Source of the DNA: an uncultured Christensenellaceae bacterium
GTDB taxonomy: Bacteria > Bacillota > Clostridia > Christensenellales > SZUA-584
Assembly (NCBI GenBank): GCA_964586785.1
Contig: CAZPHS010000003.1
Span: 5,062-69,061 of the forward strand
Length of the DNA: 64,000 nt
Direction of reading: 5' to 3'
Position 1 is the first letter of the stretch; each line of letters begins with the position of its first letter. The notes beneath the pieces are model-generated. The model searched no databases and was not told the DNA's origin. It worked only from the letters and a program-made list of their open reading frames with translations. Shown here piece after piece: positions 1 through 8,946 of this stretch. The translations under genes were made by a program, and so were the position numbers.

Positions 1-655
1 CCAGTTTTAAGTCTGTGTAAAGACGGTCTCCCACAACCGCCGTTTTGCCGGCCGGAACGCCGGTGGCGGCCAAAATATAGTTCGCAGTATATACGGACGG
101 TTTTCCAAGGTACAGGGGAGAGCGTCCGGAGGCGTGCGAAAGCATGGCGCATATGCTGGCGCAGTCGGGAATAACATTGCCGTCTTCAAGCGGACATACC
201 GCATCGACATTGGTCGCGAGGAACGGAAGGCCGTCACGAAGCAGCGACACCGCTTTGCGCGCTTTTTTATAATCATACGATGTGTCAAAGCCGACAAGAA
301 CACAATCCGGATTATTTTCCGTACATAGAATTCCGTAATCTTTTAGTTGTTTATGCAGCGCTTTTGTTCCCGCCGTATAAACCCGCGCATTGGCGCCGAA
401 GGTTTTTATTATATAATCCGCCGAAACATCAGCGGAAGTTATAACGCGCGGCTGCCGTCCAAACTTAAGCGATTTAAGCTTTTGCGCGTAATCTTTTGGA
501 TTACGGGACGAGTTATTGGTAAAAAATCTGTAGCTTATACCGTGCTCCGTGAAAAATGAAAGAAGTTCTTTAGCTCCGTCAATCGCTTTATTACCAATAT
601 AAACGGTGCCGTCCATGTCGAGAATAAAGCATTCAGCCGATAAAAGGTTAATCAT
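1..655 (-). CDS. HAD-superfamily subfamily IIA hydrolase (NagD/YutF-like phosphatase); 3' end cut by window edge
   Basis: Absent from the ORF track because there is no stop in the window. Minus-strand translation from the ATG at 655-653 gives MINLLSAECFILDMDGTVYIGNKAIDGAKELL...FFTNNSSR...VVGDRLYTD. This contains HAD motif I (DMDGT) and motif IV (GDRxxTD). Confidence 0.8.
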   Translation of the reverse strand, partial: MINLLSAECFILDMDGTVYIGNKAIDGAKELLSFFTEHGISYRFFTNNSSRNPKDYAQKLKSLKFGRQPRVITSADVSADYIIKTFGANARVYTAGTKALHKQLKDYGILCTENNPDCVLVGFDTSYDYKKARKAVSLLRDGLPFLATNVDAVCPLEDGNVIPDCASICAMLSHASGRSPLYLGKPSVYTANYILAATGVPAGKTAVVGDRLYTDLKL

Positions 656-802
656 TTGCGTCACATCCTTAAATTTTATTTTATCAGAACGTCAGGTACA
701 AAACAACAAAACGGCGGTTTCAATTTTTTGGGGCTGTTTATTATGTTTGGCTTTACGGAGCGAATACATAATGGTATATTAAAAAAGGTGAATAATACGG
801 TT

Positions 803-1576
803 ATGAAAACAGGTTTGGCTTTAGGCGGAGGCGGAGTTCGCGGGATTGCGCATATTGCTTATATTGAAGCTATGGAGCGCGCGGGAATTTTTCCGGATAT
901 CATTTCCGGAACATCAAGCGGCGCCATTGTGGGAGCGCTTTATGCCGGAGGCATGTCCCCGCGGGAAATTTGCGGCGTGCTGGAAGACTTTTTAAAAACC
1001 GCCAAGCGTTTGGGGCTGGCGTTATTAAAAAGAAAAAAAGACGGCGGCAGAATAGCGTCTTTCGTAAGGGACTATTTGAGCCGCGTGCTGCCCGTGGATA
1101 GATTCGAAGAGCTGCGAATACCGCTTAAAATCGTCGCGACCGATTTTCACACTCTGCGAGAGAAAGTGTTTGACAGCGAAGATATACTTCCGGCGCTTAT
1201 GGGCAGCATCGCGCTGCCAAGCGTTTTTGTTCCGCAGTTTACCCGGGGCGCTTATTATATGGACGGCGGCGCGACAAATATTGTGCCCTTCGATATTATA
1301 CGAGATTTGTGCGATGTGCTTATAGCTATTGACGTGTCGCTTGTCAGACCGAATGATTACAAGCCCAGCACTAAAAACGCCCTCCGCGCGACATGGGCGG
1401 CAACTCACGAAACGCTTATAGCGCTCAAATTAAAATCGTGTTCGGTAGAAATATTCGAACGGCCGACATTTGATAAAGCGTCAACAATGGAATTTCAAAA
1501 ATATAAGCATATATACAATCAGGCGCAGGCAATGACGCCGGCGTTTATCGAAAAAATAAATAAATATATTTTATGA
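803..1576 (+). CDS. patatin-like phospholipase (catalytic motifs intact)
   Basis: Oxyanion GGGGVRG, nucleophile elbow GTSSG and a DGG Asp motif (YYMDGGATN) are all present. I start at MKTGLALGGGG (803) rather than the ORF-track start at 656; the start is uncertain (743 is an alternative). Confidence 0.8.
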   Translation: MKTGLALGGGGVRGIAHIAYIEAMERAGIFPDIISGTSSGAIVGALYAGGMSPREICGVLEDFLKTAKRLGLALLKRKKDGGRIASFVRDYLSRVLPVDRFEELRIPLKIVATDFHTLREKVFDSEDILPALMGSIALPSVFVPQFTRGAYYMDGGATNIVPFDIIRDLCDVLIAIDVSLVRPNDYKPSTKNALRATWAATHETLIALKLKSCSVEIFERPTFDKASTMEFQKYKHIYNQAQAMTPAFIEKINKYIL

Positions 1577-1591
1577 GAAGGGATAACGGTT

Positions 1592-2380
1592 ATGTCTAAG
1601 ACATTGGGAATAGCTTTCGGGGGAAGCGGCGCGCAGGGCATCGCGGGCGTTGCTTATGTTAAGGCGCTTGAAGCGCTGGGTATAAAGCCCGACATCGTAT
1701 CCGGAACGGGCATAGGCGCCGTGGTCGCGTCTATGTACGCGGCCGGCATGGACAGCGACGGCATGATGCAATTTATGCGTGAAGTCGATTTTCCGGGGGC
1801 TAAACGTCCGGTTAACGCCGCAAGGGTGAAAGACGCGAAGATAGGTATATTAGACGGGCTTGGGCTTGAGGAATACTATCAGATGATTGTTCCCGTCAAG
1901 GTGTTCGACAGGCTTTATTTTCATCTGAAAATTGTCGCGGCAAACGCCGTGACGGGAGAAGCGGTAATGTTTACGCATGGCGACGTGGGCAGGGCGGTTC
2001 GCTGCGCGGCTGCCGTTCCGGGAGTGTTCCTGCCGCATAAAGTTGAAGAAGATTATTTTTTTGACGGCTCATGCGTCAACCCCGTGCCTTTCGATATAAT
2101 CCGTGACGATTGCGATGTGCTCGCGGCAGTATATCCGCAGATTAAGGCGAAAGAGGATTCTTACAGTACGCAGGTGTTTTTCGCGCTTACGGACGCTTAC
2201 AACGCCGCGAAAAAAGCGCTGGCGGAAGAAAAACAAAAAACGTGCCGTGTAGATAAATATGAATCCATAATACTCGAGGGCTTTTCAATGTATGATTTTG
2301 CCCTGTTTGAAGATATTATAGAGTCTGCGGAAGAACAGGCGGGAATGTTCGCGCTTGATTTACAGAACAAACTTAAATAA
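1592..2380 (+). CDS. patatin-like paralogue with degenerate active site (GTGIG instead of GxSxG)
   Basis: Same fold signature as the upstream gene (IAFGGSGAQG...SGTGIGAVVASMYAAG...FDGSCVNPVPFD). The nucleophile position is Gly (GGC at 1709-1711) and the oxyanion Arg is Gln. Confidence 0.75.
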   Translation: MSKTLGIAFGGSGAQGIAGVAYVKALEALGIKPDIVSGTGIGAVVASMYAAGMDSDGMMQFMREVDFPGAKRPVNAARVKDAKIGILDGLGLEEYYQMIVPVKVFDRLYFHLKIVAANAVTGEAVMFTHGDVGRAVRCAAAVPGVFLPHKVEEDYFFDGSCVNPVPFDIIRDDCDVLAAVYPQIKAKEDSYSTQVFFALTDAYNAAKKALAEEKQKTCRVDKYESIILEGFSMYDFALFEDIIESAEEQAGMFALDLQNKLK

Positions 2381-2414
2381 AATACTAATGAAATCGTGAT
2401 TTGCGGAGGTTGGT

Positions 2415-3392
2415 ATGATTAACAAAATAGCGTTTACTATACCCATAGGTGAAGGTTTTAACGTATACTGGTACGGCGTTATAATAGCGGCTGCGGTTTT
2501 GGTTGCCGTAACGCTCGGGACTATCGAATCAAAAAGAAGAGGCTATCGCTCTGAAATGGTGTTGGATTTTATGCTTCTCGCGATACCTTTGGGAATACTG
2601 TTCGCGCGGCTTTATTACGTGGTATTTTCGGATATCGCGTACAACAGCATAATTGACGTTATTGCCATATGGAACGGAGGGCTTGCGATATACGGCGCGG
2701 TAATAGGCGGCTCCATTGCCGCGGTGATTTTCTCCAAATGGCGGAAAGTGCCTCTCGGAGAGCTGTTTGATATAGCGGCTCCAAGCATAATAATTGCGCA
2801 GGCGATAGGGCGCTGGGGCAATTTTGTAAACCAGGAAGCTCACGGGGTATTGATAACCAGCCAAAACTGGCAGTGGTTTCCCGCGGGCGTCAACATCGGA
2901 GGCCAATGGTTCATGGCGACTTTTTTCTATGAATCGGTATGGAATTTAATTATATTCGCTGTTCTGATGCTTATAAGAAAGAAGATGAAGGTAAGGGGCG
3001 GGGTATTCGCGCTGTATGTGGCATTATACGGTTTTGGGCGTTTCTTTATAGAAGCGCTAAGGACTGACAGCCTTTTTGTCGGCGAATTCAGAGTGTCCCA
3101 GCTGCTGAGCGCCGCGCTTGTGGTTGCCGGAATACTGTATATAGTTTTGATGTCAAGAAAAAAGAAAGAATGGCCGGCATACGAAGGTTTTTACAGTATA
3201 AACTTAAGCTTAGAGCAGATTGAGGAATATAGGGAAAGCATGAAGAAAACCAAAACAAAAAAAGACAAGGACGAGACAGAAACGGACGAGATGAAAGAGA
3301 GCGCGGAAAAAGAGCAAAAAGAGAGTAAAAAGGTATCAAAAAAGAATAAAGATAAGAAATCGGATAAAAACGAAGAGAACAACGAAGAGTAA
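2415..3392 (+). CDS. lgt: prolipoprotein diacylglyceryl transferase with a long K/E/D-rich C-terminal tail
   Basis: Lgt signature GRWGNFVNQEAHG and a multi-TM profile. The last ~68 aa are a charged low-complexity tail (KKTKTKKDKDETETDEMKESAEKEQKESKKVSKKNKDKKSDKNEENNEE). Confidence 0.9.
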   Translation: MINKIAFTIPIGEGFNVYWYGVIIAAAVLVAVTLGTIESKRRGYRSEMVLDFMLLAIPLGILFARLYYVVFSDIAYNSIIDVIAIWNGGLAIYGAVIGGSIAAVIFSKWRKVPLGELFDIAAPSIIIAQAIGRWGNFVNQEAHGVLITSQNWQWFPAGVNIGGQWFMATFFYESVWNLIIFAVLMLIRKKMKVRGGVFALYVALYGFGRFFIEALRTDSLFVGEFRVSQLLSAALVVAGILYIVLMSRKKKEWPAYEGFYSINLSLEQIEEYRESMKKTKTKKDKDETETDEMKESAEKEQKESKKVSKKNKDKKSDKNEENNEE

Positions 3393-3497
3393 GTTATAAG
3401 TATTAGTATTAACGCAAAATAAGACCGGTCAATTAGCGCCGTCCGACAGTTTATACATTCGGGCGGTGTTATTATTTTGGCAAAGGAGGGTGGTCTT

Positions 3498-3944
3498 ATG
3501 GAAAAATTAAAAAAGAGCATTATGGGAAAATATAATGCCGGTGATGTCGATAAACTGCTGCAAAAGGTAAGAGAAGACTATGAACAGTGCTTAAAAAATC
3601 AGAAAGAAAGGATATTGTTGCTCAGGGACGAAAATAAAGATATGGCAGGTATGCTTGAAGCGTATAAAAGGAATGAGCAAAACATATTAAGCGCTATAAC
3701 CCACGCCGAAGAGAAGGCGCAAAGTATAATCCGGCAGGCAAAGGAAAAGGCGGCGTTATGTTTGGAAAACGCGCAAAGGGAAGCGCAGAGCATAAGAAGC
3801 TCCGCCGAATGCTATTATCAGCGTTTATGCAGCCTGAAAAAAGCGAGCGAAACCATACACAAAGCGTTTGATAAGGTTATAAACGAAGAGCGTACCAATG
3901 TGCGGCCGTTTGTCGCCAATTCGGACAAAACGCAAACATACTGA
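3498..3944 (+). CDS. DivIVA-domain coiled-coil protein
   Basis: KKSIMGKYNAGDVDKLLQKVREDYEQCLKNQKE matches the DivIVA N-terminal pattern (GY..eVD.fLd.v..dYe), followed by a coiled coil. An AAGGAGGG RBS sits 7 nt before the ATG at 3498. Confidence 0.65.
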   Translation: MEKLKKSIMGKYNAGDVDKLLQKVREDYEQCLKNQKERILLLRDENKDMAGMLEAYKRNEQNILSAITHAEEKAQSIIRQAKEKAALCLENAQREAQSIRSSAECYYQRLCSLKKASETIHKAFDKVINEERTNVRPFVANSDKTQTY

Positions 3945-3955
3945 CGCCGCGCCGG

Positions 3956-3981
3956 GGCTGCCGCAAGGCAGCCTCGCTTTT
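3956..3981 (+). terminator. rho-independent terminator after the DivIVA-like gene
   Basis: GGCTGCC-GCAA-GGCAGCC hairpin followed by TCGCTTTT. Confidence 0.7.
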
Positions 3982-4086
3982 CGGGTCTCATATGTTTGGA
4001 ACACGCTGCGAAAAAACGCCAAACAACGTAAAATACCGGGTCTTGGGATTTTTGACGGAAAAGATATGTTGATGCCTGAACGCTAA

Positions 4087-4450
4087 AAGACCTGTTATTG
4101 TTCCAATTCTCGCCGGCCTTTGGAAAACGGCATGTATGAGATCGTGGCTGGTCACAACAGGGTTAAAGTGTCTGATTTAACTTCAGGACAACTTGTCCCC
4201 GAAGTTAGTAGAAGCAAGAGAAAAAGTTGCAAATGTGGCAGGAGAAAACTATAAACAAATATTAAGGTATATACGGTTGACTCAGCTTACACCACAACTT
4301 TTGGAGAAGATAGATGAGAAGAAGCTGGCGTTCATACCGGCTGTCGAGTTGTCATATCTCAAGGAGCGCGAACAAAAGTGGTCCTTGGATGAAATCACAA
4401 GGTCATTTCTGTGGAGCCCATACATTCTGATTAACGTTAGGACTATATAG
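4087..4450 (+). pseudogene. ParB/Srx-like (ICE/IME-type) gene remnant, frameshifted and internally deleted
   Basis: One frame reads ENGMYEIVAGHNRVKV, the ParB N-terminal GxYEIxxGHxR box. Another frame reads YKQILRYIRLTQLTPQLLEKIDEKKLAFIPAVELSYLKEREQ. The middle of the gene is missing and the tail is nonsense. Confidence 0.7.
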
Positions 4451-4472
4451 TGTTAATATTTAAGGCTTAATT

Positions 4473-4522
4473 TGCAGACTGCATGGATGTATGTTCTTCA
4501 GTTGCAGACCATGCAGACTGCC
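4473..4522. repeat. cluster of short palindromic TGCAGACTGC repeats
   Basis: TGCAGACTGC occurs at 4473-4482 and 4512-4521, with a partial TTGCAGAC at 4502-4509. GCAGACTGCATGG (4474-4486) and CCATGCAGACTGC (4509-4521) form a near-perfect inverted repeat. Confidence 0.6.
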
Positions 4523-4637
4523 ATCTTCCTTATCAGATGTATACCGCCCGCGTCATTCATTCAGAAAACGGTTTCTATACAAACATATTCAAATAGCCAG
4601 TTAACGCACCCTTTATATCTATAATATAAGATCGAAA

Positions 4638-4687
4638 TTGACACTTGCAATTACCCGGTGCTATAATAAATAGAAAACGATAACTAT
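4638..4687 (+). promoter_or_regulatory. consensus sigma-A promoter plus LacI-type operator motif (copy 1)
   Basis: TTGACA (4638-4643), 18 nt, TATAAT (4662-4667), then ATAGAAAACGATAACTAT (4670-4687) with a central CG. The same 21-nt string recurs at 11513-11533. Confidence 0.7.
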
Positions 4688-4699
4688 CAATGAAGGGAT

Positions 4700-5698
4700 G
4701 TGTTTGTCTTGATTATCGATTGTCACAACCATATACTGGCAGCGGGAGAATACCCCGGATATGAAAAGTTTATTAAAGAAATGACGCTTGGTTATTTCAG
4801 ATCAATGGGAAAATTGCCGGTAGACAGAATGCCGGTAGACAGCGACTGGGAAGGTATGGAATACCTATGGGCGCCGACTAGCCCCGAAAAGCTCAAAAAG
4901 GACCATCCGGGCATCGACAGGTGTACGATTCTCGCGGTAGCGCCTTCTGATTATACGGCTTACAGCATCCGAGGCAGCATAGACGTGGCAGGGCAGACCA
5001 ATGTACCGGGTCCTCCTTCTATTGATAAGGGAAACGACTATATTGCGGACATCGTGAAGTCTGACCCTAATTATTTCATAGGTTTTTGCGCGGTCAACCC
5101 AAAATACAAGGGTGTCGATGCGGCAGTCAGAGAGCTTGACAGAGCGATTAACGAGCTTGGATTAACCGGACTTAAGCTTTATCCATCGTACGACCATTAT
5201 TCTCCGGATGATAGGGAGCTTGCGTTTCCCATATTTGAAAAAGCACAGGAGTTGGGTATACCGGTTATGGTTCACCAGTCCTCAACGCCTGTTATCGATG
5301 CACCGCTTAAATTTGGAAGGCCCTTCCTGTTGGATGATGTTGGCTGCGCATTCCCGAATTTAAAACTACTGGCTTGCCATGCGGGTGCGCCATGGGTAGA
5401 CGAATGCCTTGTGTTGGCCGCAAAGCATCCCAATTTTTATATCGACATATCATTTTATAACAGCCTGTTGAGCGCTAAGGATACGCTGCTGTTTTTGCAC
5501 AAGTGTGTCGCATACGGTCTGCCGCTGGCAAAGGTATGCTGGGGAACGGACTATCCCGGCTTTGAGATGCCAAGGCAGCTGCTAGAAAAATTTATGAGCA
5601 TCAACCAATTTGCCAAAGAGCTTGGAGTCGCGCCCATTTCGCAGCAGGATATGGACGGATTGCTGGGACAAAACTATCTGAACTTTATTTCCCGGTAA
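4700..5698 (+). CDS. amidohydrolase-2 family metal-dependent hydrolase (TIM barrel; decarboxylase/lactonase-type)
   Basis: N-terminal IIDCHNHI metal-binding motif, later VMVHQS and CHAGAPW, and a DY motif near the C-terminus (WGTDYPG). This is typical of PF04909-like enzymes. The start is ambiguous (GTG 4700 or TTG 4709). Confidence 0.7.
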   Translation: MFVLIIDCHNHILAAGEYPGYEKFIKEMTLGYFRSMGKLPVDRMPVDSDWEGMEYLWAPTSPEKLKKDHPGIDRCTILAVAPSDYTAYSIRGSIDVAGQTNVPGPPSIDKGNDYIADIVKSDPNYFIGFCAVNPKYKGVDAAVRELDRAINELGLTGLKLYPSYDHYSPDDRELAFPIFEKAQELGIPVMVHQSSTPVIDAPLKFGRPFLLDDVGCAFPNLKLLACHAGAPWVDECLVLAAKHPNFYIDISFYNSLLSAKDTLLFLHKCVAYGLPLAKVCWGTDYPGFEMPRQLLEKFMSINQFAKELGVAPISQQDMDGLLGQNYLNFISR

Positions 5699-5779
5699 CA
5701 CGAGCTTTCAGATTTAATAAATTGCATTTTAACGGGGCAGTCTTAAAGTAGGGCTACCCCGTTAAATGGAGGAATTTTT

Positions 5780-6231
5780 GTGTTTCACATTTTGACCAAA
5801 GCAGACTGTTCAAAAATACATGAAGAAGCGCTCAACGTGCTTAAAACCACGGTTGTCAGAAGCAAAGACAAGCCCATGTATGATAAACTGGCCGGTTCCG
5901 CGTAGGCATACCTGTCAGCGAAGAAACGCTCGCAGCGGATGTTATCAAGGAAGTTGGCTTTTCTGGTGATTACCTGTTGACAGATACGATGCGTCATTTT
6001 AGAAATACATTATGGAGCCTTGAGCTTGCGAACCGTTTGACCCGGAATGTATGGGAAAACCGCAGCACGATGTCCATTGAGCAAAGAGCCGCTGAAAAGG
6101 TGAACAGCATACTGTCTCAAAAGCAGGATATCTATGTGGAACAAAGTCAGCTCAGCAAGCTGGAAAGAATCAGAAAGAAGTGGATGAAAAAGCTGACGCA
6201 GCTTATAAGGTGGGAGGCACAGAATGAGTAA
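5780..6231 (+). pseudogene. MttB-superfamily (trimethylamine/betaine-type) methyltransferase remnant with large internal deletion
   Basis: The N-terminal piece VFHILTKADCSKIHEEALNVLKTTVV... has its own GGAGG RBS and ends at a TAG (5903-5905). The C-terminal piece GIPVSEETLAADVIKEVGFSGDYLLTDTMRHFRNTLW...EQRAAEKVNSIL lies in another frame. Roughly 300 codons of the centre are absent. Confidence 0.65.
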
Positions 6232-6976
6232 AACGGCGATCATAACCGGCGGCAGCAGAGGCATAGGCTTTGCGATAGCGCAGCAGCTTGGCAAAGACGG
6301 TTACAACATTGTGATAACGGCCTCCGGCAGCAAACAGAAGTATACCGAGAATTTAGATGAGCTAAATAAAAACAGCATACCGCATGTGTATGTGCAGGCC
6401 GATATTTCGAAATCTTACGACAGGCTGAGCTGCTTTAACCGGGCGCTCGATGCTTTTGGCGGTGTGGATGTGCTGGTGAACTCTGCCGGAGTGGCACAAA
6501 AAGTGCGTGCCGACCTGCTTGAGATGACGGAGGAAAGCTTCGATCATGTGTTGTCGATAAACCTAAAAGGACTGCTTTTTTTTACACAGCTTGTTGCAAA
6601 CCAAATGGTAAAAAAACAGGAGGGCTGCATCATCAATATTTCTTCGCTGTCTGCTTACGCGGCATCGGTCAACCGAGGCGAGTATTGCATATCCAAAGCG
6701 GGAGTCAGCATGGTGACATCGCTTTTTGCGGACAGACTGGCCAAAGAGGGTATTTTGGTATATGAAGTGCGCCCCGGCATCATAGCGACCGATATGACGT
6801 CGGGCGTTGTACAAAAATACGATGCGCTTATTGAACAGGGCATTTTTCCGATTGCGCGATGGGGTAGGCCGCAGGACGTCGCCGATGCGGTTAGCGTTTT
6901 GTGCAGTGGAAAGTTTTCCTATTCAACCGGACAGGTGATCAATGTTGACGGCGGATTTCACATTCGACGTCTGTAG
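6224..6976 (+). CDS. short-chain dehydrogenase/reductase (SDR)
   Basis: TGGSRGIG cofactor motif, NSAG, and the YxxxK catalytic motif (YCISKAG). A GGGAGG RBS is present. The ATG overlaps the stop of the MttB remnant (ATGAGTAA). Confidence 0.85.
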   Translation: MSKTAIITGGSRGIGFAIAQQLGKDGYNIVITASGSKQKYTENLDELNKNSIPHVYVQADISKSYDRLSCFNRALDAFGGVDVLVNSAGVAQKVRADLLEMTEESFDHVLSINLKGLLFFTQLVANQMVKKQEGCIINISSLSAYAASVNRGEYCISKAGVSMVTSLFADRLAKEGILVYEVRPGIIATDMTSGVVQKYDALIEQGIFPIARWGRPQDVADAVSVLCSGKFSYSTGQVINVDGGFHIRRL

Positions 6977-8929
6977 ATGAGGGCTATGGATACACTGAGA
7001 TTAAGCGGGCATAAGGTTAGAATTGTTTCCATGAATACGGCCGTGGTGGGCGCAGGCGCCGCGGGGCTTTGTGCTTTGGGCAGGTTTTATGCCTACGGTC
7101 AGCGCGATATCGCTTTAATCTGCGAGGATATAAAAGCCGGCACATCCCGCAACACAGGGTCGGACAAGCAGACATATTATAAACTCACGCTTTCGGGTTC
7201 AAAACCCGATTCAGTACGCAGCATGACAAAAACGCTGTTTGACGGATTATGCGTTGACGGCGATATTGCGCTTGCAGAAGCAGCGCTTTCTGCTTCAAGT
7301 TTTTTCTGGCTTGCCGAGATGGGCGTTCCTTTCCCGAAAAACAGGTATGGCGAATACACAGGGTACAAGACCGATCACGATCCGATGCAGAGGGCAACTT
7401 CTGCAGGCCCATTAACATCCAAAATGATGACAGAGGCTTTGGAAGCCGACATCAAACAAAAGGGCATAAAAGTATATAACGGATATCAGGTGATTCGTAT
7501 CATAACAGAGTGCGGCAGTATACGTGGTCTTTTATGCCTTGATCTTAATATAGAAGACAGAGCCGAATATGTGCTGTTCAACTGCAAGAATGTGATTTAC
7601 GCAACGGGCGGACCGGCGGCTATCTATCAAGATTCGGTTTATCCCTTGAACCATTACGGTTCGAGCGGTATTGCTTTTGAAGTAGGCGTCAAAGGTAAAA
7701 ACCTGACCGAATGGCAATATGGGTTGGCTTCTGTCGCTCCGAGGTGGAACGTATCGGGCTCTTATATGCAGGCGCTGCCAAGATTTTTTTCTGCCGATCA
7801 AAAGGGCCGTCATCAAAGAGACTTTTTAAAAGAATACTTTAAAAACGACGCGGTTTATCTAAATCGTGTGTTCTTAAAGGGCTACCAGTGGCCGTTCGAT
7901 GTCAGCCGTATTGAAAATGGTTCATCGGTTATCGATTTGCTGGTTTATGAGGAAACCAGAAAAGGGCGCAGGGTCTTTATCGATTATACGCAAAACCCGC
8001 TGGATACCATGGATTATTCGCTGCTTGAAAATGAGGCGTTTGAATACCTTGAGAAAGCGGATATGCTTTTTGGTACACCGATTGAGCGGCTGATACGGCT
8101 TAACGAACCCGCTTATGCGCTCTACCGCGATAAGGGCGTGGATTTAAAGACGCAGCCGCTGGAAATCGCACTGTGCGCACAGCATCATAACGGCGGCCTT
8201 TCTACCGATTGCTGGTGGCAGACCAATGTTGAGGGCTTTTTTGCTGTGGGAGAGGTGAGCGCGACGCATGGCGTGTACCGGCCCGGCGGCAGCGCATTGA
8301 ACGCAGGCCAAGTGGGTGCCGAACGCGCTGCGCTTTATATATCAGTGAGACGCAAAGGCAGCCCTGGAGCTAACGATGCGTTTATAAAAGCAGCAGCAAA
8401 TTCTGCAATGGAGCTTATAGAGTGTGCAGACAGCGCTTGGGGCAGTACGGATAATGTCGTAGAGCTTTTTTCGGATGCCGCAAAACGTATGAGCCTTGCA
8501 GGGGCGGCGGTCAGATGTAAAAAACAAATTGAACAGGCCATAGACCGGGTAAAAAAACTGATGGATGGTTTCTCAAAAAGTGTTCAGGTAGCGTCGGTCG
8601 CTTCCTTGAGCCGCTTCTTTTATTTGCGTGATGCGCTGTTGAGTCAGTATGTCGTTTTAAACGCAATGGCCGATTATATCGATCGCGGAGGCGGAAGCCG
8701 CGGTTCGGCAGTATATCCGGACGAAATGGGAGAGAAAACCGTCGCTCTGTCCGATCGCACATTCTCGTTCTCGTCAGCAGACTTAAAATTTGGGCATATG
8801 GTACAGGAAACATTGCTTAAAAACGGACAATGTACATTTTTTTGGAGACCGGTGCGACCTATCCCCGGCGAAGACGATCTTTTTGAAAATGTATGGAGAA
8901 GATACAGGGAAGATAAAAATATCTATTAG
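6977..8929 (+). CDS. FAD-binding flavoprotein of the fumarate reductase / succinate dehydrogenase / L-aspartate oxidase type
   Basis: N-terminal VVGAGAAG dinucleotide fold; ATGGPA; HHNGGLSTD...FFAVGEVSATHGVYRPGGSALNAGQVGAERAA, resembling the FrdA/NadB C-terminal FAD segment. Substrate unknown. Confidence 0.65.
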   Translation: MRAMDTLRLSGHKVRIVSMNTAVVGAGAAGLCALGRFYAYGQRDIALICEDIKAGTSRNTGSDKQTYYKLTLSGSKPDSVRSMTKTLFDGLCVDGDIALAEAALSASSFFWLAEMGVPFPKNRYGEYTGYKTDHDPMQRATSAGPLTSKMMTEALEADIKQKGIKVYNGYQVIRIITECGSIRGLLCLDLNIEDRAEYVLFNCKNVIYATGGPAAIYQDSVYPLNHYGSSGIAFEVGVKGKNLTEWQYGLASVAPRWNVSGSYMQALPRFFSADQKGRHQRDFLKEYFKNDAVYLNRVFLKGYQWPFDVSRIENGSSVIDLLVYEETRKGRRVFIDYTQNPLDTMDYSLLENEAFEYLEKADMLFGTPIERLIRLNEPAYALYRDKGVDLKTQPLEIALCAQHHNGGLSTDCWWQTNVEGFFAVGEVSATHGVYRPGGSALNAGQVGAERAALYISVRRKGSPGANDAFIKAAANSAMELIECADSAWGSTDNVVELFSDAAKRMSLAGAAVRCKKQIEQAIDRVKKLMDGFSKSVQVASVASLSRFFYLRDALLSQYVVLNAMADYIDRGGGSRGSAVYPDEMGEKTVALSDRTFSFSSADLKFGHMVQETLLKNGQCTFFWRPVRPIPGEDDLFENVWRRYREDKNIY

Positions 8930-8946
8930 CTAAAAGGTGAGGCACA

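Noticed and set aside
7-559. ORF-track entries 7-303 (-), 134-328 (+) and 347-559 (+).
   Set aside because: A different minus-strand frame across 1-655 encodes a clean HAD-IIA hydrolase with its catalytic motifs. The listed ORFs are out-of-frame or antisense shadows.
5785-5997. 70-aa minus-strand ORF between the amidohydrolase and SDR genes.
   Set aside because: It is antisense to the MttB-family remnant, whose plus-strand fragments carry family-typical sequence.
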